A stretch of DNA of 64,000 nt from NCBI GenBank assembly GCA_964590345.1, contig CAZPVP010000001.1:131954-195953 (forward strand). Reading direction: 5' to 3'. This stretch comes from an uncultured Gammaproteobacteria bacterium. Lineage in GTDB: Bacteria > Patescibacteriota > Patescibacteriia > CAIXNZ01. The notes beneath the pieces were generated by a model. That model searched no databases, was not told where the DNA came from, and saw only the letters and a program-made list of their open reading frames with translations. The position numbers were made by a program, and so were the translations under genes. Positions 10,201 to 19,807 of the stretch are shown here, one piece after another (positions within the stretch are counted from its first letter, which is position 1; each line of letters opens with the position of its first letter).

Positions 10201-13200
10201 AGAATCATTTTCCTCTCCCTCCAAACCATTATACCAATCTAATTCAGCTGTGTCTTCAAAATTATCAAACATTTTTATATAAACATTATTGCCTTGATTG
10301 CCGACAAAAGCACGGCAGCCATTTGCTTCAGGACGGCAGGCAATGCCTTCATCTGGGATAGCGTCATAAAGGCAAGCTTCAATATCGCTCTGCCAGCGGC
10401 CATTAGTAGCTTCACAATTTTCTTCAGTTGCGTCAGTTTTTCTGTAAGGGTGGCAGTCTTCTGAAACCGAAACTGTTTTTCTAATATTGCGCCAATAATT
10501 GTTGCCATCATTGTCAAAAAAATTAATACACTTAAAATCTTGGCTGCCTAAAGTTACTCTACAATCGGCTGAACCATCAATTGTTTTTGGCGCACCAGTA
10601 TTCTCATCTTGCTGTAATTCATATTTAATCAATTGCGGCGGACCTGTTTCAGAGCCCTGCCAGGTGAAATAGGTCTTTTCTCCTAAGCCTAAATTAGGTT
10701 TAATGCATTGCCTTAAATAAGTATAATATCCAATGCCCTCGCCTCCTCTAGCCACTTCATCTAAATTAGTAAACTGCGAACAGCCAACTTCATCAAGCGT
10801 ACAAGCTGAAGCCGTATCTGGAATAAAATAATGATATAAAGGATCAGGTTCTGGATCATATAGCGCTGACTCTTGTTTATAAGTATCATAACCGACACAT
10901 TCAGCCGGACAATAATCATACGTGCTTACTACGCCAGGAATCGGAGGATCATTATTCAAAGGCGTAAAAAGCTGACAACCGACTTCTTCGGGTTGGCAAA
11001 CTTTCATATAATTTATACAGGCTGAATCATCAGGTGCATATTTATAACAAGCTGTTTTGTCAGCAAAGAATGCTGGTTTATCATCTTCTGGCTGATCCCA
11101 AAAATACCCATTGTCTTCACAAGCCTTTTTAGTTGTAAAATTTGCCATTACCGGCGGCGGATCACCCGGTCCATAGCCATGACAATTTAAAATTTCCGGC
11201 GGTTTCTTATAATAAATCTTATTATTTGATTCATAATCAGTATATCCGCTAATAAAATCTCTGTTTCTCACCTGATCAATTGTGTTTAGAGATAAATCAA
11301 GAGCATCTAAATAAACCTCTGCATCTGTTTCACCGCCTGGCAAATTAATTAAAATTTCAAGAGCTGTGCCTGGACGCGAAGTCATTAATGTGCTATTAAC
11401 TCGAGAATAGGCATTATTTAAGGAAAAACTGCCACTATTAAGCTCGTCAGGGAAAGTTTTTATCTTTTTTACTAAATTAAAAATAATTGGTTGATCCAGG
11501 GGCTGATTAGACTTTAAATAAGCTGTGGCTGTATAAGTGTCGCCTGCTCTTGTTAAATTCCCATCCTCATTAAATTTAAGGCTGTGAACGAGCTGCAATT
11601 CTTGATCAGCTGGAATTTGGCTAATATCCACTTGCAATTTACCTAAGCCACGATGTACATTGAAGCCATCTTTAGAAACAGAAGCTATGTCACTAAATGG
11701 CCCGTACCCCAGCCAATCGCCTAAAAGTTCTTGGCAATTCTCTTTGCTATAATCATAAATAAAAGCATCTTGACAACTCTTTAGCCAACTACCTCCATTT
11801 TGCACGCAAGTCTCTTCGCCTGCTTCAGTTAATTCGCTTGAAATCTGACCGTCAATCTGACATTCAGTCTGCCAAGTTCCATTATTATCTTCACAATCTG
11901 CTTGATTATCAAATTGCGGATTTCTGCAAAGGTTATATTTTAAAATACTTGTTAAACAATATTTTTTATATTCCGCATCTATGCCAAGTTTATCATTAGA
12001 ACAATCATCTTCTTTTACGTCATCATTTACCGCGCCTTCACAACGATAATCCCAAGTTCCCTCGCGAGCTAAACATTCTTCTTCTGTTACTGCATCTTCA
12101 ACACCGTCACAAAAACCCTGCCAAGTGCCATTATTAAAATTACACAATTCTCTTGTTTCATAACCATAATTTAAACAACTTTCATAATAAGTACCGTCAC
12201 ATTCATCTCTTTCTTCTACTTCTTTTTTAAGTCGCAAATCCCAATTAGCCGGGAAATAACCTTCTTTAGTGTATTCAAAGCTTGAATCAGCCACTAAATT
12301 ATTAGCCGAATCACGATATAAGAAAAATTCATTACAGCCTTCGTTTTCTTTTTGGCAGCTTTCAACATTATTGTTTAAATAAATCCTTTGATCATCCTGC
12401 CAAAGACCAGCTTTTGAACGATTAGTAGCATACCAACTGCAGCCTGCATTATGAGGCCCGCAGATTTCGCTGCCGCTTAGAGTATTTTTTAAATATGAAA
12501 TTAAACTAGTGCCTTCAGGCTCACTAATCGTATAAGTACGGCAGCTATTATATGCTTCAGGGCAAGAATCAGCGCCAAATTGCCAAGCATTTTTTTCTTT
12601 GACACAAAATCCATAATCTTCATTAACACAGCCTCCCTTGCCATCTTCCTCCAAGCAGGAAGAAAAATCAGGGCAGCGAGAGTACCTTTGGCCAGTTAAA
12701 TTAGACATTAAAATTTCACCGTAAGGCTCTAAATCAGTTTGCAAAGCGCATTTTGTTGTTGGAATTTTTAAAAGCCAATCAGGATCGACCAAATTACAAA
12801 AAGCTGACTCATCATCATCAAAATCACCGCAAGTTCCAGAACCAATTTTATCAAAACCATTAACGACATCAGCCAGAGTTGCTCCGACAACTTCATTTTT
12901 CTTTCTTATGTTATAATTTCTAATTTCTTCCAAACTGGCCCCAACGCCTGATGGCTTAAATAAACAATTTCTTAATCGTTCCGCAACAAAAGGTTTGGCA
13001 AGATCATTGTAGCCCGGTTGCTGTGCAGTTATATCTTCAAACTTGGCAAAATCAGGCTGGCCATCATTATCTTCATCATAAATATTTCTAAAATTACAGT
13101 CTCTAACTAATTCAATAGCCAATTCCAAACCCAAAGGCACAACACGAGCTTTTCTTAATTTTTTAATATTAGCCAAATGATAAGTGCCTGTTTCTACAGT

Positions 13201-15156
13201 CTCACCCCATGAAAAACCATAATCACCAACTAATTTCCTTTTTTCTAAAGCCTCACTTATTGTTAATTTATCATTAATTGCTAAAGCAAAATTTGAATCA
13301 ATAACATTATTATAAATATTTGGATTAACTTCCCCCTTAAGCTCTAATTGAAAATCAGACAATAAATTCACACTTTTATATGTAGCACTATAACTAAATT
13401 GCTGAGCCAACTTTTCAACATAACTTTGTATGCCTTCACTTGTCACTACTTCCTGGCTAAAAACATTAAAAGGCTGAACAGGATCCAAGGGTTCGCTTTC
13501 TGCTTCATCTGCGGCTTGTTTTTTTAACTTTGCGACTGAATACTCTTCTTGTTGCGATTCATTTAAGGCTGTTAATAACCTTTTTATCATGTGATTCCAA
13601 AGTGTGCCTGTAAAAACACCCAAAGCATCAGCTGCGATTTCTTTAGTATAAATTCTGGCATTATAAACCCCCTTGCTTGCTTTTAAATCTTCTTCTACTG
13701 AATCCCTAATAAGATTAGCAGGGGTTTGAATAGTATCAGTAATGCGATCCATGGCCCCTTTCCAGCCATCATTAATGGTTGCTTCAACGTGACGGTCAAT
13801 AAATTTATCAAGACCAACATCAACTATTTCTTTAGCTATATTTTCCCAAGCATTAAATTCATTGGCTTCAGGATTAAACATTCCCTTGCCTAATTGCCAA
13901 TTATATCTTTCACCGGCTTCAAAATTTTCAGGCGTTAATAATCTATCAAGACTGCTTTTTAAATAATCAAAGCTGCTTTTTATAGAATCAATAACACCTT
14001 CAATCAAGCCAATCTTGCGATTAACTTCATTTTCATAAATTTCAGCCAAATTTCTAGCGTCTTCTGGTATTGTGCCCAGGACCGGGCCTATGCCTAAACC
14101 CTGTAAAACCCTTGCGCAGTCGCCTTCACGCAATTCTATTGCGCTTTTGCCTTTACAGCCTGAATAAACAGATTTGGCTTCCTGTAAATTTTCCAGCCAA
14201 GGATCAATCCTGTTAAACCATTCTTCTTTAATTAAAGGGATATTTTCCGGTGCAATAACAAATTCACCAACTGATAATTCAACCGGTTCACTGCTTGCCA
14301 TTCCGCCTCTAATCGCTCTGCTATCATCTGATAATGTTTCTGTTAAATCATCCAGTTTTTCAGCATATACCTGCAAATTTTCTTGAACTGGCGGCATACT
14401 GCATTTGACTCGGCCTCCAGAAATAGACTCGCAATTTCCTGGTAACCAGTCCATCAACCGGTTATCCCATATCATAAGCTGCTCGTCATAAAGCGTAAAA
14501 TTTCGTAATCTTTCATTGCTCTCACTGACTGTCCCGCCTTCCTGAATTTGATAATTAAAAGAAAACCAATCTGACTCTGCCCATTCTTCCCAATGGCTAG
14601 TCAACTCTGAAAACGAACAATCAGGCGAATAGCCTTTAAAGCCTGGAAACATAGGCATATCCAAAGTTAAATCAATTGCTATTCTTGGATCAAGAGTGCA
14701 AATATCAATACCGGTTAAATCCTGCATCACGGTCTGAATCATATCACCAATTGCCGCATCAGCATAACCCTGAATAAATTGGTCAAAATTTGTAATAAAT
14801 TTAGGCGCACCGCCTTTATCTGAATGAGCCACCCATACAGCTGTCTGCTGGGCAATCGTATTTGCTAATCCGCCTAAAATATTTTTAAAAAACATTGCTT
14901 TTATTTCACTCAAAATTTTTGTGATTATCCTGTCAACTTTTTTTTCTGTTTCCTCTGCTGCTTGCTGACTCATATGAGCGCCTTTCATCACATTCTCGGC
15001 TGTCGAAAGAGGAACTAAATCTGGATTAGTTACAGGCGTTGCTTTTACCTCTTCAAGCTTAAAAAAGAAAACAGCATAAAAATTGCTAAAAACAAAAATC
15101 AGCGCAACAACTAAAATTATCAGCTTTTTAATTTTTATTTTTCTTGACTTAAGCAT
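7213..15156 (-). CDS. Giant secreted or membrane-anchored cysteine-rich protein (2647 aa), a putative surface/adhesin component of the T4SS-like locus.
   Basis: A single uninterrupted ORF with an N-terminal hydrophobic anchor (LIILVVALIFVFSNFYAVFFF). Paired cysteines recur along its length and there are many Asn-x-Ser/Thr sites. It is co-directional and immediately downstream of the VirB6-like gene (15-nt gap). Confidence 0.7.
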   Translation of the reverse strand: MLKSRKIKIKKLIILVVALIFVFSNFYAVFFFKLEEVKATPVTNPDLVPLSTAENVMKGAHMSQQAAEETEKKVDRIITKILSEIKAMFFKNILGGLANTIAQQTAVWVAHSDKGGAPKFITNFDQFIQGYADAAIGDMIQTVMQDLTGIDICTLDPRIAIDLTLDMPMFPGFKGYSPDCSFSELTSHWEEWAESDWFSFNYQIQEGGTVSESNERLRNFTLYDEQLMIWDNRLMDWLPGNCESISGGRVKCSMPPVQENLQVYAEKLDDLTETLSDDSRAIRGGMASSEPVELSVGEFVIAPENIPLIKEEWFNRIDPWLENLQEAKSVYSGCKGKSAIELREGDCARVLQGLGIGPVLGTIPEDARNLAEIYENEVNRKIGLIEGVIDSIKSSFDYLKSSLDRLLTPENFEAGERYNWQLGKGMFNPEANEFNAWENIAKEIVDVGLDKFIDRHVEATINDGWKGAMDRITDTIQTPANLIRDSVEEDLKASKGVYNARIYTKEIAADALGVFTGTLWNHMIKRLLTALNESQQEEYSVAKLKKQAADEAESEPLDPVQPFNVFSQEVVTSEGIQSYVEKLAQQFSYSATYKSVNLLSDFQLELKGEVNPNIYNNVIDSNFALAINDKLTISEALEKRKLVGDYGFSWGETVETGTYHLANIKKLRKARVVPLGLELAIELVRDCNFRNIYDEDNDGQPDFAKFEDITAQQPGYNDLAKPFVAERLRNCLFKPSGVGASLEEIRNYNIRKKNEVVGATLADVVNGFDKIGSGTCGDFDDDESAFCNLVDPDWLLKIPTTKCALQTDLEPYGEILMSNLTGQRYSRCPDFSSCLEEDGKGGCVNEDYGFCVKEKNAWQFGADSCPEAYNSCRTYTISEPEGTSLISYLKNTLSGSEICGPHNAGCSWYATNRSKAGLWQDDQRIYLNNNVESCQKENEGCNEFFLYRDSANNLVADSSFEYTKEGYFPANWDLRLKKEVEERDECDGTYYESCLNYGYETRELCNFNNGTWQGFCDGVEDAVTEEECLAREGTWDYRCEGAVNDDVKEDDCSNDKLGIDAEYKKYCLTSILKYNLCRNPQFDNQADCEDNNGTWQTECQIDGQISSELTEAGEETCVQNGGSWLKSCQDAFIYDYSKENCQELLGDWLGYGPFSDIASVSKDGFNVHRGLGKLQVDISQIPADQELQLVHSLKFNEDGNLTRAGDTYTATAYLKSNQPLDQPIIFNLVKKIKTFPDELNSGSFSLNNAYSRVNSTLMTSRPGTALEILINLPGGETDAEVYLDALDLSLNTIDQVRNRDFISGYTDYESNNKIYYKKPPEILNCHGYGPGDPPPVMANFTTKKACEDNGYFWDQPEDDKPAFFADKTACYKYAPDDSACINYMKVCQPEEVGCQLFTPLNNDPPIPGVVSTYDYCPAECVGYDTYKQESALYDPEPDPLYHYFIPDTASACTLDEVGCSQFTNLDEVARGGEGIGYYTYLRQCIKPNLGLGEKTYFTWQGSETGPPQLIKYELQQDENTGAPKTIDGSADCRVTLGSQDFKCINFFDNDGNNYWRNIRKTVSVSEDCHPYRKTDATEENCEATNGRWQSDIEACLYDAIPDEGIACRPEANGCRAFVGNQGNNVYIKMFDNFEDTAELDWYNGLEGEENDSLTRVGESIAVGGHSLLIPQQEVNSIHKFIDIQRGNLYTLSFWAKTDNPAGEVIAVRFSTAVDDGNATTMENFATLENQTVRLTTDWQNYTLGPVYVSWDDLQNNSLIFDSLDNKVYLDNILLKVVKDNVYAIKDSWSTPDSCDRTFYGVFKKGEMIGCQAYEDILGQTHYLRSFTNLCRESAVGCQILVDTKNSVNPHGQTFNNENASPLDDYSVAEDELTTLVLNDNYSCSDNDKGCQRLGKPNFEDVENITFQEVYLKNNPDKYVNVPDAILCNHDALGCTELINEEGVSEYYKIEPTKLCEYKQNLINGQKVEGWFKKGNPKLGCGGLLFDNIEDCQDNGGEWSEKYDQCTLILPEIKDEETCLLKRGEWLNSQCLAYPFSIYKVYEANKYKGYVGKCSEEWNGCTEFLDINPNFVFNGGFETRDPTGGLSNWVTVAASSGSQDKEIDDVQAGETAIKLIKETAQDCPSTPLYEECEAPPYGISQKLVRLEKGKAYKISFYYKMNEDSKGVGNDCPMPEAAFEFRPVDSERGAEPIIYTAETDWKKVEILYSVPLGECENSDYKSQKSCEEEDLTWNEFDDLLDFNLILYAPLNGNKSAEKNNCPDSYIIYDQVEVKDNTEDSYYVIDLGVNVDRSSCTEVDWNNGCVEFLNTANNNFETIKVSKDRNCEQWAVCTEKDENGFCQQVNLCAEREASECVRLLTEWQGGELVRAPKDNVRYSLQEEPMTIKRISDYNNKEGYIYRFGIGPLTQLTQWRAGDYSGYTIPNRFPLETELNDKEFEQYFHLNKLGRTADERYTEAICKIFPEQNAPLPYQLSEEQEYKDIPNLYSQSVDLKDIGTACSYEQVKAGGYTTYFPLGDSPAKICTMPEEAKGQVCSKASDCNPYYDPDNPEELANCKDIENRKAIFGLEGMCLEFDTSNPLYDGIYQDFYETTSDYQPYACLTYYPFLIDTCAYYKDETECENKIGCSWNGDVCKHEGNSSPEGGASSP

Positions 15157-15215
15157 GGTAAAAAAATAATTTTATAACTCTTTGATAATTAAACCAAATT
15201 GCTTATTTTTACGCC

Positions 15216-16022
15216 TCAATATGAATTAAGAATTTCTAAAAACGTGTTTTTTAAAGTCTGATCATCAATCTGATCCAATAAGTTTTTATCAATACCGCTT
15301 TTTTCCAGCTCCTCTCTTATTTGAGCCGGGGTTAAATTTTTTAGTTCTTCTATTGTTAATTCCTTTGCTTCAGGACTTAATTGCTCAGTTGTTTCTGTCC
15401 CTATTGACTCACCGCTGCTAAACTCTTCTAACATTTGCTGAAAATCCTGATCATAAATACCCATTGCCTCTAAATTCATATCCTCAGAAGAATATGTATC
15501 AATTAAATCAGTTATTTCATTTGCCGGTCCATTCATGTTTTGATTTAAAGATGTTCCTGCTGCTTCTTCTTCAAACTGCTGAGCAGTACAATCTTCCCCC
15601 TCCGGGCAATTGGGATCAGTGCCAGCCAAAATTTCCTGTTTATCCCAAATGCCATCACTGTCGCTATCCTCCAAATAAGGACTGGTTTGATAAATATAAA
15701 TCTCACTATAATCATCTAAACCGTCTAAATCACTATCCTGATTTTGCAATTTAATAACTTCTTCTTCTGGCCTTGCTTGATTTGTAGCGCTAACCTTATA
15801 TTTGTTCCGCAAGTCACTTCTTATATTATGCAAATAGCTGGGATACAAAGGCTCTTCTAAATTTTTTTTAAACTGGAGATAACCAAGGACTAAAGCAGAA
15901 ATTGTAATTAAAATTAAAAAAAATACAAAGAATTTCTCCATAGGAGTCTTTTCTATTTTGCTGCTTATTTCTTCGCTTTTTTCTTCAAAAAATTCTTTTA
16001 TTTTTTCTCGTCTGTCTGTCAT
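15216..16022 (-). CDS. Membrane-anchored acidic protein with TSP3-like calcium-binding Asp motifs (268 aa)
   Basis: One TM helix (FFVFFLILITISALVLGYLQF). After it come DSDLDGLDDYSE and DSDSDGIWDKQEILAGTDPNCPEGEDC, which fit the thrombospondin type-3 repeat pattern DxDxDG..D...DNCP. The C-terminus is acidic. Confidence 0.6.
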   Translation of the reverse strand: MTDRREKIKEFFEEKSEEISSKIEKTPMEKFFVFFLILITISALVLGYLQFKKNLEEPLYPSYLHNIRSDLRNKYKVSATNQARPEEEVIKLQNQDSDLDGLDDYSEIYIYQTSPYLEDSDSDGIWDKQEILAGTDPNCPEGEDCTAQQFEEEAAGTSLNQNMNGPANEITDLIDTYSSEDMNLEAMGIYDQDFQQMLEEFSSGESIGTETTEQLSPEAKELTIEELKNLTPAQIREELEKSGIDKNLLDQIDDQTLKNTFLEILNSY

Positions 16023-16078
16023 TAAACTGTTTTTATTATAACATAAATTCTTTAATAATTATATCACAAAAACACTCT

Positions 16079-16927
16079 TTAAACCACAAATTGTTGATAA
16101 ATATCAGCCCAATTTTTTAAACTCAAATCTTGAGCTCTGATATTCTCTTTTAATTGAGCTGATTTTAGCTTATTTTTAACTATTTGTTTGTCTAATTTTA
16201 AGCCAGCTGCCAAATTATTTTGCAATTGTTTCCTGGGCGAACTAAAGCCAATTTTAACCAACTGCCAGAATTTATTTTCCTTGAAATTTTTTATCTTTGA
16301 TACCGCGGCTGGCAAGGTTTGGCTTAATTTTATTTTTAAAATTGCGCTATCAACCTTTGGCTGCGGATAAAAACTTTTTGCAGAAATATAATCAATTATT
16401 TGAGCTTGGCCATAAAATTGGACTGACAAGCTTAAAAGGCTCATTTTGCCGGGTTTTGCTACAATTTTTTGTGCTACTTCTTTTTGCACCAAAACAACCA
16501 TTATTCCTGGCTTTGGCTCATAAGTTAAAAATTTTTTCAAAACCGGCTTAGTAATCAAATAGGGCAAATTAGCCACTACTTTATATTTGTCACTTTGCAA
16601 TTCTTTAGCTAAATCTGAATTTTTAATTTCTAAAATATCAGCCTGTAAAATTCCCAGGTTTTTAATCCCTTTGAATTTCTGTTTCAAAAAACAAGCTAAT
16701 CCTTTATCTAATTCAATGACCAAAACTCTTTTGCTAAACTCTATTAATTTTTCGGTAAGAATGCCAAAGCCCGGCCCAATTTCTAAAACATAGTCGTTTT
16801 TATTTAGATTCGCTGTTTCAGCTATTTTTTCTAAAACTTTTTTATCAGTTAAAAAATTCTGGCCCTTATTTCTGCTTGGCCTAATGCCATACTTCTGACA
16901 CATTTTTTTTATCTCATTTTTTTGCAT
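16079..16927 (-). CDS. rsmA: 16S rRNA (adenine1518/1519-N6)-dimethyltransferase RsmA/KsgA
   Basis: KGQNFLTD signature and EIGPGFGILT SAM-binding motif; 282 aa. Confidence 0.85.
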   Translation of the reverse strand: MQKNEIKKMCQKYGIRPSRNKGQNFLTDKKVLEKIAETANLNKNDYVLEIGPGFGILTEKLIEFSKRVLVIELDKGLACFLKQKFKGIKNLGILQADILEIKNSDLAKELQSDKYKVVANLPYLITKPVLKKFLTYEPKPGIMVVLVQKEVAQKIVAKPGKMSLLSLSVQFYGQAQIIDYISAKSFYPQPKVDSAILKIKLSQTLPAAVSKIKNFKENKFWQLVKIGFSSPRKQLQNNLAAGLKLDKQIVKNKLKSAQLKENIRAQDLSLKNWADIYQQFVV

Positions 16928-16996
16928 AAATAAAACTTATTAAAACAGGGGATTTCAGCATATTGCTTCACCGGCGAATTCTTTTGAATCAAAACT

Positions 16997-17377
16997 TTAA
17001 TGTGATACTTCATTATTATCATTATCCTTCTTGTCCAAAGCCATCTTTCTAACTATCTTGGTTATATTTTTTTCAATTTTATCCAAACGCACCAAAATCC
17101 GAAAAGCAATATAAAACAAAATTAAAATTGAAATATAAATTACTAAATCAACTCCTCTGCCAACACCAACCAAATTTGCTACGAATGAGGTTGTTTCCGG
17201 CAAAATCACAACAAAACCGACCATAAACCAAAAAATAGTCCACAAAATAAATTCCTGCAAAGAAATTATCTTATCTTTATAACGCAAAGCTACTTTGGTA
17301 ACGGCAAAAAGTATAAAAAGAATTAAAATAAGCTGAATAATCATATATTTTAAATTTATTTTTGGTTTAAAAAACAA
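16997..17377 (-). CDS. DUF2304-family small membrane protein
   Basis: Two TM helices plus a GVGRGVDLVIYISIL...IVRKMAL motif. This family is typically encoded next to GT2 glycosyltransferases. It overlaps the ROK gene by ~22 nt. Confidence 0.6.
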   Translation of the reverse strand: MFFKPKINLKYMIIQLILILFILFAVTKVALRYKDKIISLQEFILWTIFWFMVGFVVILPETTSFVANLVGVGRGVDLVIYISILILFYIAFRILVRLDKIEKNITKIVRKMALDKKDNDNNEVSH

Positions 17378-18168
17378 AGCCCGCCATATAGACCGGCTAA
17401 ATCTCCTAATTTGGCTTTTTTAATTTCTGGTAAATAAGGAAAAATTTCCAATCTCTTTTTTAACTGGTCTTTAACCAAATCTAAAGAAACACTTTTCATT
17501 AGAGAGCCCCCCAAAATTATCGCCTCAGGTGACCACAAAACAATAACATTATTCAAGCCAGTCGCCAAAATATCCGCCTCTTTGCGCCAAATTTCTTGCT
17601 TCTTAATTTTATGGGCTTTTTTATTATATCTTTCTTCTAAGGCTGAACCGGCAATGTTTTCTTCTAGAGTTTTGCTGCCATTTTTGGCAGAAAAATTTAT
17701 AATCTGATGACCTGGCTCAAAACCAAAATAGTTATCATCAATTTTTCCTTTAATTATTCTTGCCCCGCCGACACCAGTGCTTATAGTTAAATAAGCAATG
17801 ATTTTATAACCTTGACCCGCGCCATATTTAGTTTCGCCTAAACCAGACAAAGCAGCGTCATTCTCCAAATAAACTGGGGCTTTTATTATCTTTTGCAAGT
17901 TTTCCTTCAAAGGTTTATTAATCCAATCTGGCAAATTAGGCGAATTTACTAATTTTGTCTTTTTTCTGTCAAATGGCCCGGCAACTCCGCCCGCCACTGC
18001 TTTAACTTTTTTATTATTAGTAAGCTGAGAAATCAATTTTTGAAAAAGCAAAATTGCTTGATTAAAATCCAAAGGCGTAGCAACTATCTTTTTTTTATAA
18101 AAAGTCTTTCTATCTTTGGAAACTGCTAAGCGTGTTTTTGTCCCGCCAATATCAAAAACTAAATACAT
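17356..18168 (-). CDS. ROK-family sugar kinase (glucokinase-like)
   Basis: N-terminal MYLVFDIGGTKTRLAV phosphate-1 motif and a DNDAALSGLGE motif; 270 aa. Confidence 0.75.
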   Translation of the reverse strand: MYLVFDIGGTKTRLAVSKDRKTFYKKKIVATPLDFNQAILLFQKLISQLTNNKKVKAVAGGVAGPFDRKKTKLVNSPNLPDWINKPLKENLQKIIKAPVYLENDAALSGLGETKYGAGQGYKIIAYLTISTGVGGARIIKGKIDDNYFGFEPGHQIINFSAKNGSKTLEENIAGSALEERYNKKAHKIKKQEIWRKEADILATGLNNVIVLWSPEAIILGGSLMKSVSLDLVKDQLKKRLEIFPYLPEIKKAKLGDLAGLYGGLCFLNQK

Positions 18169-18172
18169 AAAA

Positions 18173-19801
18173 TTATTTTTTAAGCTTTATTAAATAACCC
18201 TCGTAAGGCCTTAAATATAATTTATTTAAATTGATCGGCTGGCCTTGTTTTTTTGTTAAATAAGTATTACAAATTAATTCCGCGGAAGAAAAAGGCAAAG
18301 AAATCTTTTTTCTTCGGCTGGCAAAATTTAACAAGACCAAAACTTTTTCTTTTTCGCTTTCCCTAATATAAGCCAAAAGATCTTTTGTCCTTATATCTAA
18401 AGAATAATAAACCCCTTGCAAAATCGCTTGTGACTTTTTCCTGAAGCTAATTAATTTTTTATATAAACTTAAAATTGACTTGGTATCGGCTAATTCTTTT
18501 TTTACATTAAAAATCAAATAATTCCTGGCCACTGGCAGCCATGGCTTTACTTTGGAAAATCCGGCATATTTTTGGCTTGACCACTGCATTGGTGTCCGGT
18601 GAGGATCGCGTCCCAAATCAAAACCGGGAACATTTTTGCCCCAGGGATCTAATTGCTCATCTTTTTTAATTGGCACATCTGACATGCCAATTTCTTCACC
18701 GTAATAAATAAAAGGCATGCCTTTTAAAGTCAATTGCAACATAGCAAATAGCCTGGCCTTTTTTCGGCTTTCTAGGCGAGAAGCAACTCTAGGACGATCA
18801 TGATTGCCCAAAACATAATTGGCGCAATCTCCTGCATCTAAATTTTCCTCATAATTATCCAAAAAACTTCGGTAAGCCCAGGCATTCCAAGGCAATCTAA
18901 TAAAATTAAAATTAAAGGGAGCATGAAGCCCCTGCTGGCAAAGCTTATAATACATTTTCATTTCTGCCATTTTTGTTTTATAAAAAACTTCGCTGACTAA
19001 AAATTTATTTTTATATTGGCCGACAATACTGCAAAATTTATTTAAAATTTCCAAAGTTTCTGGCCTGCCCCTATCATAAACATTTAAAAATTGGCGGTAA
19101 GGATCGTCATGCCCGGGAATATATTTAGGATTTACTGGATTGTCACGAAATTTATCATCTTTAATAATATGATAAACGGCATCCAAGCGAAAGCCGTCAA
19201 CTCCTTTGGCTAGCCAAAATTTCATTATTTTTTCCATCTCCTTTTGAACTTGTTTGTTGCGCCAATTTAAATCCGGTTGGCATTCTAAAAAAGTATGCAA
19301 ATAATACTGATTTGTTCTTTTGTCTAAAGTCCAAGCTGAACCGCCAAATCGGCTTAACCAATTATTGGGCGGTGAGCCATCTGGTTTTGGCTTATGCCAA
19401 ATATACCAATCGCGTTTCGGGTTTTTTAATGAAGATTTTGATTCAACAAACCAAGGGTGCTGGTCAGAAGTATGATTAGGCACGAAATCCATTAAAATTT
19501 TTATCCCATGTTTATGGGCTTCTTTAACAAATTTTTCAAAAATTTTTATATTGCCAAAAATAGGATCTATTTTATAATAATCTGAAATATCATAACCGAA
19601 ATCTTTCATCGGTGACTTATAAACCGGGCATAACCAAATAGCATTAACTTGCAAAATTTTCTTCAAATAATCAAATTTTTCAATTATGCCCTTTAAATCA
19701 CCTTTGCCATCTTCATTAGTATCTTTAAAACTTAAGGGGTAAACCTGATAAACAGTATCATTAGTTGACCATTTTAATTCTTTTTTGTTTTTTTTAGGCA
19801 T
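18173..19801 (-). CDS. GH13 alpha-amylase-family glycosidase (oligo-1,6-glucosidase/alpha-glucosidase-like)
   Basis: DTVYQVYPLSFKD...GDLKGI N-terminal GH13 region. GVDGFRLDAV nucleophile region. NHD and EVF conserved blocks. 542 aa. Confidence 0.8.
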   Translation of the reverse strand: MPKKNKKELKWSTNDTVYQVYPLSFKDTNEDGKGDLKGIIEKFDYLKKILQVNAIWLCPVYKSPMKDFGYDISDYYKIDPIFGNIKIFEKFVKEAHKHGIKILMDFVPNHTSDQHPWFVESKSSLKNPKRDWYIWHKPKPDGSPPNNWLSRFGGSAWTLDKRTNQYYLHTFLECQPDLNWRNKQVQKEMEKIMKFWLAKGVDGFRLDAVYHIIKDDKFRDNPVNPKYIPGHDDPYRQFLNVYDRGRPETLEILNKFCSIVGQYKNKFLVSEVFYKTKMAEMKMYYKLCQQGLHAPFNFNFIRLPWNAWAYRSFLDNYEENLDAGDCANYVLGNHDRPRVASRLESRKKARLFAMLQLTLKGMPFIYYGEEIGMSDVPIKKDEQLDPWGKNVPGFDLGRDPHRTPMQWSSQKYAGFSKVKPWLPVARNYLIFNVKKELADTKSILSLYKKLISFRKKSQAILQGVYYSLDIRTKDLLAYIRESEKEKVLVLLNFASRRKKISLPFSSAELICNTYLTKKQGQPINLNKLYLRPYEGYLIKLKK

Positions 19802-19807
19802 TATTAA

